From Adineta vaga (lineage: Eukaryota; Animalia; Rotifera), in NCBI GenBank assembly GCA_021613535.1, contig CP075492.1:11842001-11906000 (forward strand): a DNA stretch of 64,000 nucleotides, read 5' to 3'. Below the pieces are notes generated by a model. The model made no database searches. It saw nothing but the letters and a program-made list of their open reading frames with translations, and had not been told where the DNA came from. The translations under genes and the position numbers were made by a program. Below, in pieces: positions 1 through 14,049 of the stretch (position 1 is the first letter of the stretch; every line of letters starts with the position of its first letter).

Positions 1-3000
1 AATCTTTCCTTCTGTATGATCAATTGAACGTACAACACGTGCATCATCCAAGGACCAAATTTTCAAACTAAAATTTGTTTTATCAATATCATCGTCATCC
101 CTACTAAACTCTTACATATTATCGCCATTTCCCGATACAACATATTTTCCATCGGGAGATACAGCAAGCATTTTACATGGTACATTGTACTAAAAGAAGA
201 AAAGATAATCTCTTCTTGATAATATCAAAGAAATTTAACGTACGGAATCAATTAATTCACCCGTATTCGCCCACCATGTTTTAATATAATTTTGTTCATC
301 ACCGGAAAGAATCTTGCGATTATCTTCTAAGATACGTAGATGTGATATTGGAGCTGAATGTGCCTGGAAAAAAATTGAATTTATCTTTTATAAAGAGAGA
401 AATTCGATCTTTATATTACTGTAAATTCAGTAACAATTTCTCCCATTTCATTATCAAAAACTTTGACGGTTGTATCTTTTGAACCCGATAAAGAAAATAG
501 ATAAGAATGCGAAAGAGCAACTTGTGTAACTGGTGCACGATGATCAACACTCTGTTCAGTTAATTCTCCATCGATTAAATTAAATAATCGAACAATCCCA
601 TCAGCACTTCCCGCTATAGCTACGTCACCTTCACGTGAAATTGATAGTGCCGTTGTAGGAATTGATGATGGCAAAGATTCATCATTAGGAAAACCATTAA
701 ATTGTTGTTTTACATTCAACACATGTATAGCATTCTAAAATTAATCGATCGATTGATTGCCTCGATGTCATTGAGAGAGAAAGACAAATGTTAACATACT
801 TCTGCAGCAGAGAAAAGAAAACAATTATCTGCGGAAACATAAAGATCAGTCACAGCTGATTCATGATGTGTCAATGTTCGAAGAAGAAGACGAGAACGAA
901 AATTATAAGCATAAACATGTGAATTGCTACAACCCACATAACAACATACGGAATCTTGGGATAATGCAAGACTGGTTACCTTAGAAAGAAACAAGATATG
1001 AATTCGATAAGAAAATAAAAAGTAAAATCTTCGTTTGCTTCTATTTACTTCAGCAGAATGTCCTTCAAGTCGATGAATATCACTTCCTGTTACTAACGAT
1101 TTCACTTGTACAGATGTATCGTCACAGGCAGCAATAATAAATGTATCATCAGTTGATATGATCATATGTCGGATAGGTGATCCAACTGTATCAATAATAT
1201 CAAGTAGTTGCATACCACGAAAAGTCCATCGTTTTATAGTTTGATCTCGTGATGCTAGAAATAATTCGAAGATATTCTCTTTCCATTTGTCTTTCGTTAA
1301 TAGAATACAAACCTGAAACTAGAATTCCATCATCTTGAGTAATTGCAACTGCTGTAACAGCATCAGTATGTTGTTCAACCGAATGTTCGACTTCTCCAGT
1401 TTCAAGACGAAGTACAACAATTAAACGATCTCGTGAACCAGTTATAATATGTTCATTATTGTGTGAAACAGTCATGCAGAGAATTTCATCTTGATGTATA
1501 CTAAATGAAATAAACAATTCATTTTTTTTTTCGATTGAAAATTCTCTATCAAATTTTACTTGTAAGTATTTTCTAAATCACCCGAATTTAGATTAAATAA
1601 TTTAATCGTTCGATCGGTTGATGCTGAGACTAAATATTTATTATTATAAGTTAATCGTATCGATGTTATCGATGCTGCATGACCTACAAAACAACGTTTA
1701 CAACGCCATAGAAAATCATTTAAAAATATCTACTAGTAAATTTCTTCACTAATTTTTTCGATGGAATATGATACATTGCTATGTCATGTTGTCGTGTTGC
1801 ACAAAAAACATGTTGATTAAACGTTGTTGGTATTATTTTGAATACACCATCAGGACATGGTAGAATGGTTATCGTCATTGGTGGAATTGTTGAAATCCAT
1901 GATGAAAGTGGTACAAAGACCGGCGAACCACACGATTCACACCATTCATGTGCTTGAACGTAAAGAGATTCAATATGTTCATTATAACGACCTATTAATA
2001 GAAACACAATGCTTATATATTTCTTCATCTGTCATTTTTCTACTTTTGATATTTTTTAATCGTAAAGTTATTTCTCCAGCAAGTAACATTGGATCTTCTG
2101 ACACGATATTTGCAATTTTTTTCAATGTTGCCTGAATTAAAAGCACATCTACATCAAGAATATTACTACAAATAATATCAAATTCCCATAATAATTGTTC
2201 AATAGATAGGCCATGAATTTTCGATAGTAAATATTCAAAACAACAGAGAGTATATTCTTTTAAACGATCAATATCGCCTAAATTAAAATTAATTAAACAG
2301 ACATTGATAATTCAAAGGAAATCAATGTTTACCAGAATGCATTAACTGATACCATAATTCACCAAGTCGTCGATAATTATATGCAGTTTCCGAATATAAA
2401 AGTGGTTGTTGTAAGAGAAAACGACGACCACTGTCTCCTCTAAACATCGAATTATATCCTTAACGATAAATAGCTTTCTTTTGATATTCGATTTACCTGA
2501 TTTGAACATTTCGATTCATTTCAATCAATGGTTTAGATTCAATAAAAGCTTCAAGAAAATAATTCGAAATATCTCGATGTGCAATTCGAATATCTTCGAC
2601 ACGTTTCAAATATCTTTGTTTCATATGTCGACGAATAAATGAATGACTCCAACAAATCATAACTTTTAAATCGAAATATTTTTCAGTCAAAAGTGGACCT
2701 AAAAAAAAGAGATTTGCATACATCCTTTTCTCTTCTTCTCATCTTTACCTAATACATGTTTGATAGCAATCCATAACGATGGTGGAAAACGTAGATATTT
2801 CGGTAGGTCTCGCGGAAAATATTCCAAAAAGAATTCATTATTACATGACAAAATATCTAATAATTCAATTTCACTTATTGCCGATTGCGATGAACTGATA
2901 TAATTAAATATAAATGAACAAATTTTTGGACCAAATTTCTGTTCACAATGATCTTTAATTATAAAGAAAGACATCATATTCATGAAATATCGATGTTAAT

Positions 3001-5688
3001 TCTTTACTTACCAATATACGCATTGAGTATTTCATCGAGATGAAAATTAATTGAATCAAATTTCTTTCGTTCTTGAGATAAATAATTCAAATATGTTTCA
3101 TTGAGAATAAGTCGAAGAAGATAGAAAATTTGTGATTGTTTATCTAATTGTTGATAGATTGATTTAGATAATATTTGTAAGATTGAATCCGTTAGATTTT
3201 GTTGAAGAGAATTCAATTCTACTTTGATATAGATGTTAAATTCGAAAGAGTAATCACTTCACTTGTAAATGGTAATTCAATTAAACAGTTTTCTTTTTCA
3301 ATTCGATCGATCATTTCACGTATTTGAACATCTGATGATGAGGAAGAATGAATACTTCGACTAACAGATAAAATAACATAAACCTAAAATTCACATAGAT
3401 TACATTAGAATGATTGATATGAGATAATGACATAATTTATTTCATGACAGAGTGCATTGCTCTTATATTCTTACTTTAGGTGGAAGTAATTGAAGTAATG
3501 TTTGATAAATTGTCATTGATGGAATATATTGACTTTGTGGAGTGATTTCTTCAATTCCATCGATCATTAATATTAATGGTTTTTGATTTTTCGATTGATT
3601 TTTTAATATTGATTGATAAGATTCAATTCGATTATTTGATTGTTCATTCGGTTCGATTGATACATTTTGTAATGAACTTATTTGTGAACATATAGATGAA
3701 AAAACTTCTCCAATATGCCGTGATCTTGATGTTAAATTCAAATATCGTACAATACATTGAGCATTTTTTCCTATTGTATTTAGAAGATATTGAACGATTT
3801 TCGTACATAGGAGAGTTTTTCCCGATGCTCGACTGCCAAAAATCATATAGGGATAATGTTCAGATGTATTTGCTAATGTTAACCATTGTTTAAATGAATA
3901 ATTCTGTTCAACAAAATGTTCAAAACCGAGACATGTAGTCGGTAGAAGTTTTGAATAGTATGTTAAATGTACAAGAGTTTCATTGTAAAGGATTTGTTGA
4001 GAAAGTTTGAAATGATTCGGTAAAGTTATATCAAGAAATCGTTCATTTAAAGATTTAATTCGAAGGAAAATCGATGCATTCAACGTACGTAGATAACGTT
4101 GATAATCGGAATCATTTGATTGAAAATCTCCACTATCTTTCCAAGGAATATTTAGAATCGTTAGATTGTCTTCGGTTTTAAAATCATTCGTATCATTTGT
4201 TGAAAGTTTATTTGTTAATAATTCACGAAAACGTTTTAATTTTTCTTGACGAATTTTATCCAAACGACCACCAGGAAGTAGATCAATATAACATTCATTT
4301 CCTTTACTTTTTTCCGTTAGACCTACGATGAAAAGAAAAACTATTCAGTAGAAAAATCTCCTTTCAATGAAGTAGTTCTCTCTCGACATTAGTTGATTTC
4401 AATAGTATTATTCAATCAACACTTGATAACTAGAGATTCTTTTGTATGATTGAATTACGTCGAATTTTTCTTTACTAATAATTAATATTTGATTTGATGT
4501 CAAAATAAATTTCTCATCGAAATTTTATAAGTGTGATACCAAATGTCTAATTTAGAAAGTAGTTCTATTGACATTTAATTATGATTATATGAGATGACAT
4601 TATTTTCTAAAATCTTCTATTAGATATCTCAAGAGACGAACATATCTCGTAGATTTGATGATGAATGTAGATCAGAAATGAGAAAGAAATTAACGTGAAG
4701 AAGACAATATAAATGAGATGTCAAAAATAACAACAGGAGAGAACAAATGTCATTTTTCCTCTTTCACTAAAAAGAAAAAGACATTAACATACCATCCAAT
4801 TGTCTCACAACACATATGGAACCAGATGATGATAATTTTGTAGAAAAATTAAATAACATTTCAACACCGGAAAGTAAAGGAATATCATGTAATGTTTTCG
4901 AATTCGATTTTTCATGAACAACATTTAAGAAAAGATCAACAAGATTTATATAAGCTTCATTCCATTCAAAATTTTCATGTGTATTTAAATCATATGTTGA
5001 TAAAGATCGAGATGAAAGATTTATGAAATTTTCATCGGGATCTTTTAATTTATAAACAGATGGAGATGATCTATCATCTAGTAAATACCATCGTTCAAGT
5101 AATTTGACATCTACAAATATTCACATACGAATATGGTTGATAACAACAATTTGCCTATTACCTTTGCCGAGATCAGTTGCTGAATTTTTAATATTATTAA
5201 AATCCATAACTGATAATTCAATTGGTAAAACAATTTGTCCATATTTATTACCAACAAATGTTAAAAGAAATAATCCACTAGATGTTTCATATGCATGTTG
5301 CATTTCTTTCATATATCGTAAAATATGATAAGGATTTTTTGAAGAATCAAAATCCCAATTTAAATTCCAATCAATAAAATAAACATAGATACCTTGTGTA
5401 AGAAAATATTGCTGTAATTTTGGTAGAGTTTCAGTCACTAACATATCACGTTCAATATCAAATTCTATAGAAATAAATTCGTCTTTTTCTTCTTCGTCTT
5501 CTTCTTTGAAAACATTTGTGTTTCTTACCATGTTTATTTGATATGACAAGAATTTTAATTTGATTCCAAGCAACTTTGGGTAATGATTGATTTCCATTAA
5601 ATAATACTTTACCTTGCATGACATTTGTATAAACATCTAAGTTGGTCGTATTTATATCGTTCGTATTAGGAACGGGTTCGGATACCAT
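1..5688 (-). CDS. NACHT/STAND P-loop + WD40 repeat protein (NWD1/NWD2-like), multi-exon, 3' end beyond the left edge
   Basis: N-terminal DUF4062-like segment (EFDIERDMLVTETLPKLQ...FVGNKYG), Walker A GSRASGKT and Walker B LILMIDGIEE in ORF 3463-4263, WD40 repeats in exons 1-1700 (SGSKDTTVKVF, TGSRDRLIVV); exons joined by short GT-AG introns. Confidence 0.85.
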
Positions 5689-8593
5689 TGTGGAGATGAA
5701 TGTAATGATGCTTCTTCTTTCGTCGTCTATTATATCGCCATTTATCTGTCGAACTTTGAACTAGTCATATATCAAAAATGAGAAATCGAAAGGGAAACAA
5801 AGCGTGCTTGTTGATTTTTTTCGAGATTGTCGATGAAGAACATGAAAAGAGTACTTATCCAAGTAGATTTATAGTCTATTAACCACTTCAAATAGCTAAT
5901 ACTGAAATATCTCGATTTGTAATAATCGCTAAACGTCAAGAATCCTTTCTCTCTTGCTTCGAGTTGAAACTCGGCTGATATATATATATATATGTCTAAG
6001 CGTTTCTTATAAATCATATTGAGAAGAAGTATTCGAGATGTCAGCATCTCGTCTAACTCAAAAACGGAAATGAGAAGAATCAAATCTAATGAGAAAGAAA
6101 ATCGTTTATTGTTTATATCTATCTATATGATCAATAGTTATGGATAATATCAATGATTGTCTATTTCTTCGATGTTTATCATTTGTTTTCTTTGACTTGA
6201 TCTATCACCTAATCTGTATATTCTATAATTGGAATTAGACAATGTCTCCAGAGATATGTCTTACAAAAAACTCTCATATGTTGCTTTTAAACGAGGCTAT
6301 TTTTACCTATGAATACAAGGTCAGTACAAAGAGAAATGAAGAAAATATTTCTGAACAAATCATTTAATGACGTCGATAGTTGATATGAGTAATAGAATTT
6401 AGATAAATATATTTTATTCTCATTCCTTACTTCCATCTTTCATTTATTTTTTTTTCCTTTTTTTTCCTTCTTATCGACATGTCTATGTCTGTCTGTTTCT
6501 CTCATTCGTTTCCTTTTTTCCTTTGAACACGTCTACAGTATTTGTCGCTCTTATTTCTTCATTATTAACATCACTGGCACTCAGTTGATAAATAGCAGGA
6601 CTGAGAGAAAGCATAAGCTCTAACGTGAAGACAAAGTAGGCGTTTTTATCGCGTGTTTTAGTAACATCCGACATTTTTCTTGCAATTCTTCTCTCTCTCT
6701 CTCTCTCTTCCTCATTTTTTTAGACGTCGATAGATGAAAGTGGATGGCAAGAGAAGAAAAGTTCAAATGCTTACTAGCTCTTACTAACATCAGGCAACAA
6801 ACTACTAGAAAACTGACTGTGCGTGTTTGAAGAAGTTTTTGCTTTTCTTTTCTTATTCTCCATCGGAACTATCATTGTGTGCTTAGATGTAATAGAAAAG
6901 AAAACTAGAGAGACACTAACATCATTCTCATCATCTTCTTTTTTTCGTCAACCGATTACAATATGAGAACACAAAGCATCAGTGATGTTGTCACAAATAC
7001 AATCACTGCTATGCTCTTACGCTGTCAAGCGTGATAATATTGAAGAAAAGACATGTAATTACCATAGAAAAAGAGTTATTTATATTCATTCATTCATTCA
7101 TTCATTCTTAAGAAACTCTCAAATAGTTCGACTTGTTTACATATATATATGATTAAAATCTAAGAATAGATTGATGAGATAAAGAAACGAAAAGAGAAAA
7201 TTTAATATATTATAAATGATCTATACCGGAATATATTCCATCCATATTTTTCCTTAATAGTGCGCAAGCATGCATCAACATAAGATTCTTTTCATAACAC
7301 GCAAAGCACGTTCATTGCCATTGTATTGATTAGTAGGATTGTAAGGAATAATGCAATATTCTATAGATTTCGCATGTGTATGTATGTTTAGATGCAACGG
7401 AAGTTAATCGAGTGTAAGCAAGATTGATGCAAAACCGGAAGATATGAAGCATCAGTGATTGAAATCACATAATGCATGAATGAAATTTCTGTTTTTCTTT
7501 TGATTTAGTTAAAAAGAAAACAATAGCATACAGGTGAATATTTATAGACTAGAAGTAATATTCATTGAGTAGATCGTTTCATTAAACAAGCAACAATGTA
7601 TTGATCTATCTGTTGTACTTAATTGGTTGTATAAAACAATCAGATACAATAATGAATATAAATTTTCTTTAGTTTTAAAATTATTATTTAACTGCTTAAT
7701 ATTCAGAACTAATGTTTCAATCTACGAAATATTTCCAAGTATTTTGTTATTATTGAAAGAAGATTTCGAATTAAACATTGGTTGTCATTGTTTTGTTAAA
7801 GAATTAAATATTCCCTTTTTTTCCTCGGTAATATAAAACTAAAGACTATCGGAAGTAGACAATTGTAATATTCGGTTGAATAAATTCTAGTTATTAATTA
7901 AAATGATGAGAAAAACATTTAAAAAAACAAAGAAACAATGAATGAAAATGGTCAATTTGATATTAAATAAGTCGTAGTTTTCTTCTAGAAAAGTCATCGA
8001 AAACGATAAATGTCTCTTTAGGACAATTTCTAAGCGATGAAATAGATACATAAAAAAATTGCTTTTTTTCCTTGATAGAATATGCTATATATTATTGATT
8101 TATGTTGATGTGATTAGGTCCAAATGGACGTCGTTAGCGTAATTCTCATGAGCATATTGTGAAACATGAAATTGCAGCTATTAATAAAAGATATCTTTAA
8201 CAACCTGATGAAGATCACTAGTGGGTACTTTCTACTCTTTATATCAACCTGGAGATCTTCATTTTAATTATTTCTGAAGAAAATATCCTTATTAATTTAA
8301 TCTCTCGATAATTTTATCTTCATTTGTTTGAAAATTTCTTCGATTGATAATCATGTACAAAATCTATTGTTTCTGTATGATAATGATCTTGATCTAATCA
8401 GAATAATCGTATTAATAAACAAGGAATTATCAAACATCTGTATAAATATTAATCTAAAAGATTTAATTATAACATACAGATGGAAGATTTTCTTCACATA
8501 ATCTAAATACCAAAAAACAAAAAAATCAAAATGTATTAGATCTTTCATACGAAATTTGATTTTTCTTTTCGTTTCTACAATAAATGATGATAA

Positions 8594-9061
8594 TTAATTA
8601 ACGTCTCTACGTTGAGGTCCTGATGGTGTACGACACAATCGAATAGTACATAATAAAACACCAAAAACTACGAATAGACCTGAAAGACCACCTGTAATAA
8701 TCCAAACATATCTTGATGTTTTTCCTCCACAATTTGCTTTATAAGCGGAACACGATGGTATTGTTTTCGGTGATTCAAATGTTAAATAATAAATCCAAGC
8801 ATCATGAATTGGTTCAACATGAAGATCATAATAACAATTTTGACAATTGAATGTTTGATTTAAATAATATCGTTCCGACGTAAGATCTGTTTGGTAACTA
8901 AAATATGCTTTAAGTGAATGTGGACAATCATTTGGAATGGATACATTAAAATGTATATAATCATCATCACAAGTCGAATTAACAATACATGGTTTACATG
9001 CATTGATTTGTTTATAAAGAAAAAGAAAATAGAGACTCAAGAAAAGTACGTTTTTTATCAT
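8594..9061 (-). CDS. Single-exon Cys-rich type I membrane protein, unknown function
   Basis: ATG at 9061; signal-peptide-like N-terminus (MIKNVLFLSLYFLFLYKQINA), Cys-rich ectodomain, TM helix VWIITGGLSGLFVVFGVLLCTI, short basic tail. Confidence 0.7.
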   Translation of the reverse strand: MIKNVLFLSLYFLFLYKQINACKPCIVNSTCDDDYIHFNVSIPNDCPHSLKAYFSYQTDLTSERYYLNQTFNCQNCYYDLHVEPIHDAWIYYLTFESPKTIPSCSAYKANCGGKTSRYVWIITGGLSGLFVVFGVLLCTIRLCRTPSGPQRRDVN

Positions 9062-9712
9062 CGTGACATGCAAGAAGAAATGGATTTTAACTTAAATTTT
9101 AACACTCTTTTTTCTTGCTATTTTTTTAAAATCTCTTATCTCATCAGTTGAAAAAGATGTTTTTGTACCCATTGTTATCAATTCACGTGTTTTCTTTTAC
9201 GATCTACATTCAACGCATGTTCTTCTGTCAGATAAAGAAGAATCCATATCGTTCTGTAAAGTACATTTGTATCGAAGACATTTTTGTTTTGACTAATTCG
9301 TTTTGTTTAAACATATTATCATCGGAAGGAAGAAAAACCAAATGTATAAATATTCACAATAAAAAAAAGAAGAAGAAACAACATCAAATGCATACAATGA
9401 AATACATGCAATTATGGTACAACGAAAGAGAAGAAATCTGCAAGGATCGAATTATACATTTGAATAGAAGACGACTACAATAGTGAAAGAAAACAGTACA
9501 ACTAACTGTTCGATTAAAATAGATGTGAAAAGAACAAAAAAAAAGAAAATGATTCCTGATAAATATAAGTGCGATAGATGATAATGAAACTCTTTTCATA
9601 GAAAAGTATTTCGAAGACATATATATGTAAAAGGTTTTATCGATAAATATTAAATGCATAGGATAGGATCTGCTCTAAAAAATACTTCGAAAAGAAAACA
9701 ACAAGTTTTATC

Positions 9713-11981
9713 TTATTGATCAAATGATGGTGGATATGAACGTATCATTGACTCATCAGAAAGAGATATTGTATTAGCGCCAGGAAAACTAGCATAACCA
9801 AAATTCTATAATATAAAGCATATTTTATTTCATAAGGTGAGAGAAAAAGAATAACTTACAGATATATTCCAAGTTGGTGCAAATAATTGTGGACCATTTG
9901 TAGCAAGAATTTGTGAAAGAAGTTCTAAACTAAGACCACTCGTTGGTGGTAACGGCGGTGGTGGTGGTGGTGGTATATGTTCGTTTTTGATCATAGTGTA
10001 CGGATTGATGGATTCATAGGGTAATGATGAGGAAGATATAGAATTAGTTGAGAAATAGTCCATTTCAGATGAAGTTAGTTGATTAGATTTTCGTGAATGT
10101 TCTGAATGAAGAGATTTACTAGGTTTAATTATTTGTTGATGAGTAATTGGAAGGCGTTGTACATCAGTAGTAGAAGTAGTTGGTGTTGTTGTGGTGGTAG
10201 TGGTAGTGGTGGTATCTTTAATTGGTACAATTTCTGAAAGTTTACGACGTAGATTAGCATTGGTTATACGAAGAGAATCTCGACGATGTTTTAATTCATC
10301 AAATTGTTTTTGTAAACTCGCATTTTCTGATTTAAATTGATATAAACATGATAGCAGAGATGAAACATCATGTGGCATTGTTTGTTGTAGAAGAAAATCA
10401 CTTGTAGATTCCCATTCTTGTTCAAGAAATTCTTCTAAAGTTTGTGGTGGAAATGAACGAGTTGATTGTTGTGTAGCTGTTGTTGTTGCTGTTGTTGCTG
10501 CTGCTGCTGAAGTGATTGGTTGATGAGCCAATGGTCGACGAGGATAAAATTCAATGGGAATTCGATCTGGCTTAGGTTGAGATTCTTCTGTTTTCAGAGA
10601 TACAGATGTAGTATTTGACTTCGGAGGAGATACAAGAGTTTTCTTTGGAGGACGGCCCACTGGTCGAGGACCACCTTCATTTGAATGTTGACGTTTTTTG
10701 CGTAGTTGTGTATCTTTAAGTTTATTTTTTTCAACTATTGAATAATCCACATCATTCTCTTCGATTCTAGTAAGAAGAGAAAGAGAAATACTGAATTTTC
10801 TTTGTTTAAAACAAAACTTTAATTACTTGATTTTAGACGTTGAACTCTTTCTAGATGGAAGATTGGAAGATTCTTGTTCAGTATTGGCAATATCAGTTGA
10901 ATTTTGTCTACTAAATAAGAAAACATAAATGTGAATAAAACGAGTCCGATACATATTTAACTACAAACCTTTTCTCACTAATTAACGATAGAGAATTTCC
11001 TTCTTTTTGATTCAATTCGACAAATTGGCTTAGATTTGTTAGTGAACCATTTGGTGTTGAATTTTGACTAGTTTCATCATTGAACTTTGATCGTTTTTCT
11101 GCTTGTACTTGTTTACCATTTATGTCTGTTGGTTTGATTCGTTCTTGTAGATTCTAAATCATTAAAAAAGACATAGATATTTCAATAAACAGAATCTAAA
11201 TGTACCTGTCGTTGTTCGGATGATTTATATTGAAATGCCGGTATTTGTCTGATAAATTTCTAAAAAGAAAAAGCACGAATAAAATGATCTTATCAAAATT
11301 TATTTCTTACTGAAAATTTCGGTTGATGTTGTTCACAATAGATTAAGTATTGGCAATTATTTTTTCTTACATCTTCATACAATAAGCCTGCTTGTTGTGC
11401 ACATGTAACATGAAATACATGTGAACAATTTTTGACCGTACATTCACAACATGCACCTTTCATTGCATCAGTATTTAATTGTCCATTTTGTTTACAAATC
11501 GTACATATTTGTCCAAAACGTGTTGATGGAATTTTCGAAAGAATAATCGGTTCCATTGTTGCATCATTTCCAAATGACACTTCAGGTATATAAAGTGCAC
11601 ATATAACATGTGCCCAATTTCCATCTGACGTTCGCTTCATTGCACCTTCTACCATGGGACATAATTGACATGGCTAATAAATAAGAAAAAAAAACAACTT
11701 TCTTATATTGAAAACAAACATATTTTACTTACTGCTCGAATCTCTCCTGCTTCACATCGACGACAGTACCAATCTCCATCAGGAATAGAAATAATTCCAT
11801 AACAAGCTAAATTATTTCATAGTATACGTAAAATTCTAATCTTTAATTTCAATCATCTTTTACCTGTATGGCAAGCTACAGTACATTCTTTTCCATCACA
11901 ATAAACAAGTGCATTATTTGAAAAACCTTGATCATCCGAACATACACAACAACCACCAACTAATTCTTCATTATTTACCAT
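9713..11981 (-). CDS. MLLT10: AF10/AF17-like PZP-domain chromatin reader (DOT1L partner)
   Basis: GGCCVCSDDQG...ACYGI...WYCRRCE PHD, CQLCP Zn knuckle, WAHVICALYIPEV ePHD, C-terminal OM-LZ (PQTLEEFLEQEWE...SLLSCLYQFKSEN); last exon ends with TAA at 9713-9715. Confidence 0.9.
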
Positions 11982-12247
11982 TGTTTTACATTTGAAATTA
12001 TGCGACGTTTTTGAATTGTTTGCATGATGATCGATTGACAATACTGTTTTAGAATTTTTCATTGAATGTAAATAGATAGAAAGAAACGAACGAACGATCG
12101 AACGGAACACTCAGCTGCTTTTTTCTTTTCTTTCTTCATCGTAGAGGATCAATCAATAAATTTCATTGGTTGAAAGAAAATCCTCATGGACAACATGTTT
12201 ATTATTCTTCTTCTTCTTCTTCTTATTGTGGGATTTTCATTTCATCG
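11982..12247. promoter_or_regulatory. Probable bidirectional promoter between the head-to-head AF10-like and MGRN1-like genes
   Basis: Only 266 bp separate the divergent start codons (11981 minus, 12248 plus). Confidence 0.55.
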
Positions 12248-14049
12248 ATGGGGACATATTATAGTTTAATATCAAATTTTACTTCCCCAACAGAAACAAC
12301 AAATCGAAATGTTCGATCAAATTCGAAATCGAAAAAACGACGACGTCGACGACATAAACGACATCATTTATTGAATCAATTTTTTCTTGGTTCAAAACAT
12401 TTCTTAACTAATACACAACCAAATACATGTCTGTTTCATGAATATTATCATTTAAATTCACGAAAAGATGCGATTAATCCCATTCAATTACATATTTCAC
12501 TACCAGATAATAATTATACATCAACAATACGACCCATACAATGTACAATAGCAATACGACGAGATTCACTAAAATTAATTCATTGTCAAGATGATTTTTA
12601 TACCATTGATTTTATATTCGATGCTGATCGACCTGTTCAAATTTACAGTAAAATTTCATGAATTTATTTTTCGATTAAAAGATAATTTCATTCCTATAAT
12701 TTTAGTCTATTTTATGGCACATGAAATGTCGATGAATAATCATGGATCATTGTCGTATGTTTGTTGTACACAAACAACGGATTCAGACACAATAAAACGA
12801 GCTTATACATTTAATCGACCTGCTGGTCATGGACAAATATTTTCATCGATAGCAAATGATATTCGTTTTCCTTTATCATTATTAAATGATAATCATCATA
12901 ATTGTACAATAAAAAATCGTGTCTATCCAATTGTGATTATTTGTCGAGAAATCATTTTTGAATCAAATAAGTAAAGAAGAACTTGTTTTCTAAATTTTTC
13001 CTATTTTCTTTCTTTTTCTTTCAAAGAAAATCATCTCTTACATGTGTTTCAACAATTCCCGAACAAATACCATCATCTCCTACATTTAATCAATATCATA
13101 TTGTTTTAGCAACAATTCGATTACTTCGATTCAATGATACAACATTACCAATAACTCCTGATCGTGTTTCCGTCGTTTTACTCAATCAAAAACATGTTTA
13201 TAATGGAATTGTTTTCAAATTATTTGAATTATATGGTATTGAAAATTCACCATCAAAATTAATGACCAATGAGCATCAAACTCGACAAAAGAATTCTCTC
13301 GTTCAAATTGTTTCAACATCAATTACAAATGAAAATGAACCATTTTTAAAACAGTAAGTAGAATGTTTTCTCAATTAACATAATCGAGTTAGATAAGTCA
13401 AAAACCAAATGAATCTGTTAGAATAATTAAGAACATTCGATAGAAACGCTTTATACATAGTTATTGGATTATCATCAAAACAAAAACATTTACTACTTAG
13501 AACTCGGTAACTGAATATTGAGTGCAAAGATAATTGTCCTCGAGGGTTTTTTCTATAATCATATTTAAACATGCGAAATGATCGCATTTCTTTTCTAGTT
13601 CAAATGAGATAAATATCTTGAAAAAATCACCATCAGATTTGGATTTTACATTAAATCTAACCAGTGAAAGTACCTGTGTAATTTGTTTAACTGATATTCG
13701 TAATGTTTTATTACTTCCATGTCGACATTTATGTTTATGTGGATCATGTGCTGAAAATCTCAAATTTCAATCAGCAAATTGTCCTATATGTCGCATACCA
13801 TTTCGTGCTCTATTACAATTAAATGCCTTATATTGTCGAAAACATTTTTTAACTAATAAAGAATCTGTCAATCATGAAGAAGACGAAGAAGAGGATGATG
13901 ACGACGATGAATTAATGTTTGAAAATGTCTCACTTATTGATGCATTAAATCTTTCAACAACGAAACCAATTCGTCGAATTCTTGACAATCATCAACAGAA
14001 TATTACAACTAATGATATCAAGTATTTTTGCAGTGAACATTCAGTTTAG
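12248..14049 (+). CDS. MGRN1: Mahogunin/RNF157-like RING E3 ubiquitin ligase
   Basis: MG start; [23 protein letters not shown] motifs; C3HC5 [53 protein letters not shown]. Confidence 0.88.

Noticed and set aside
5772-8548. Short ORFs and several ETS-like CGGAA motifs in the NWD upstream region
   Set aside because: The ORFs are AT-rich, F/I/K/L-biased noise; the motif count cannot be separated from chance without statistics
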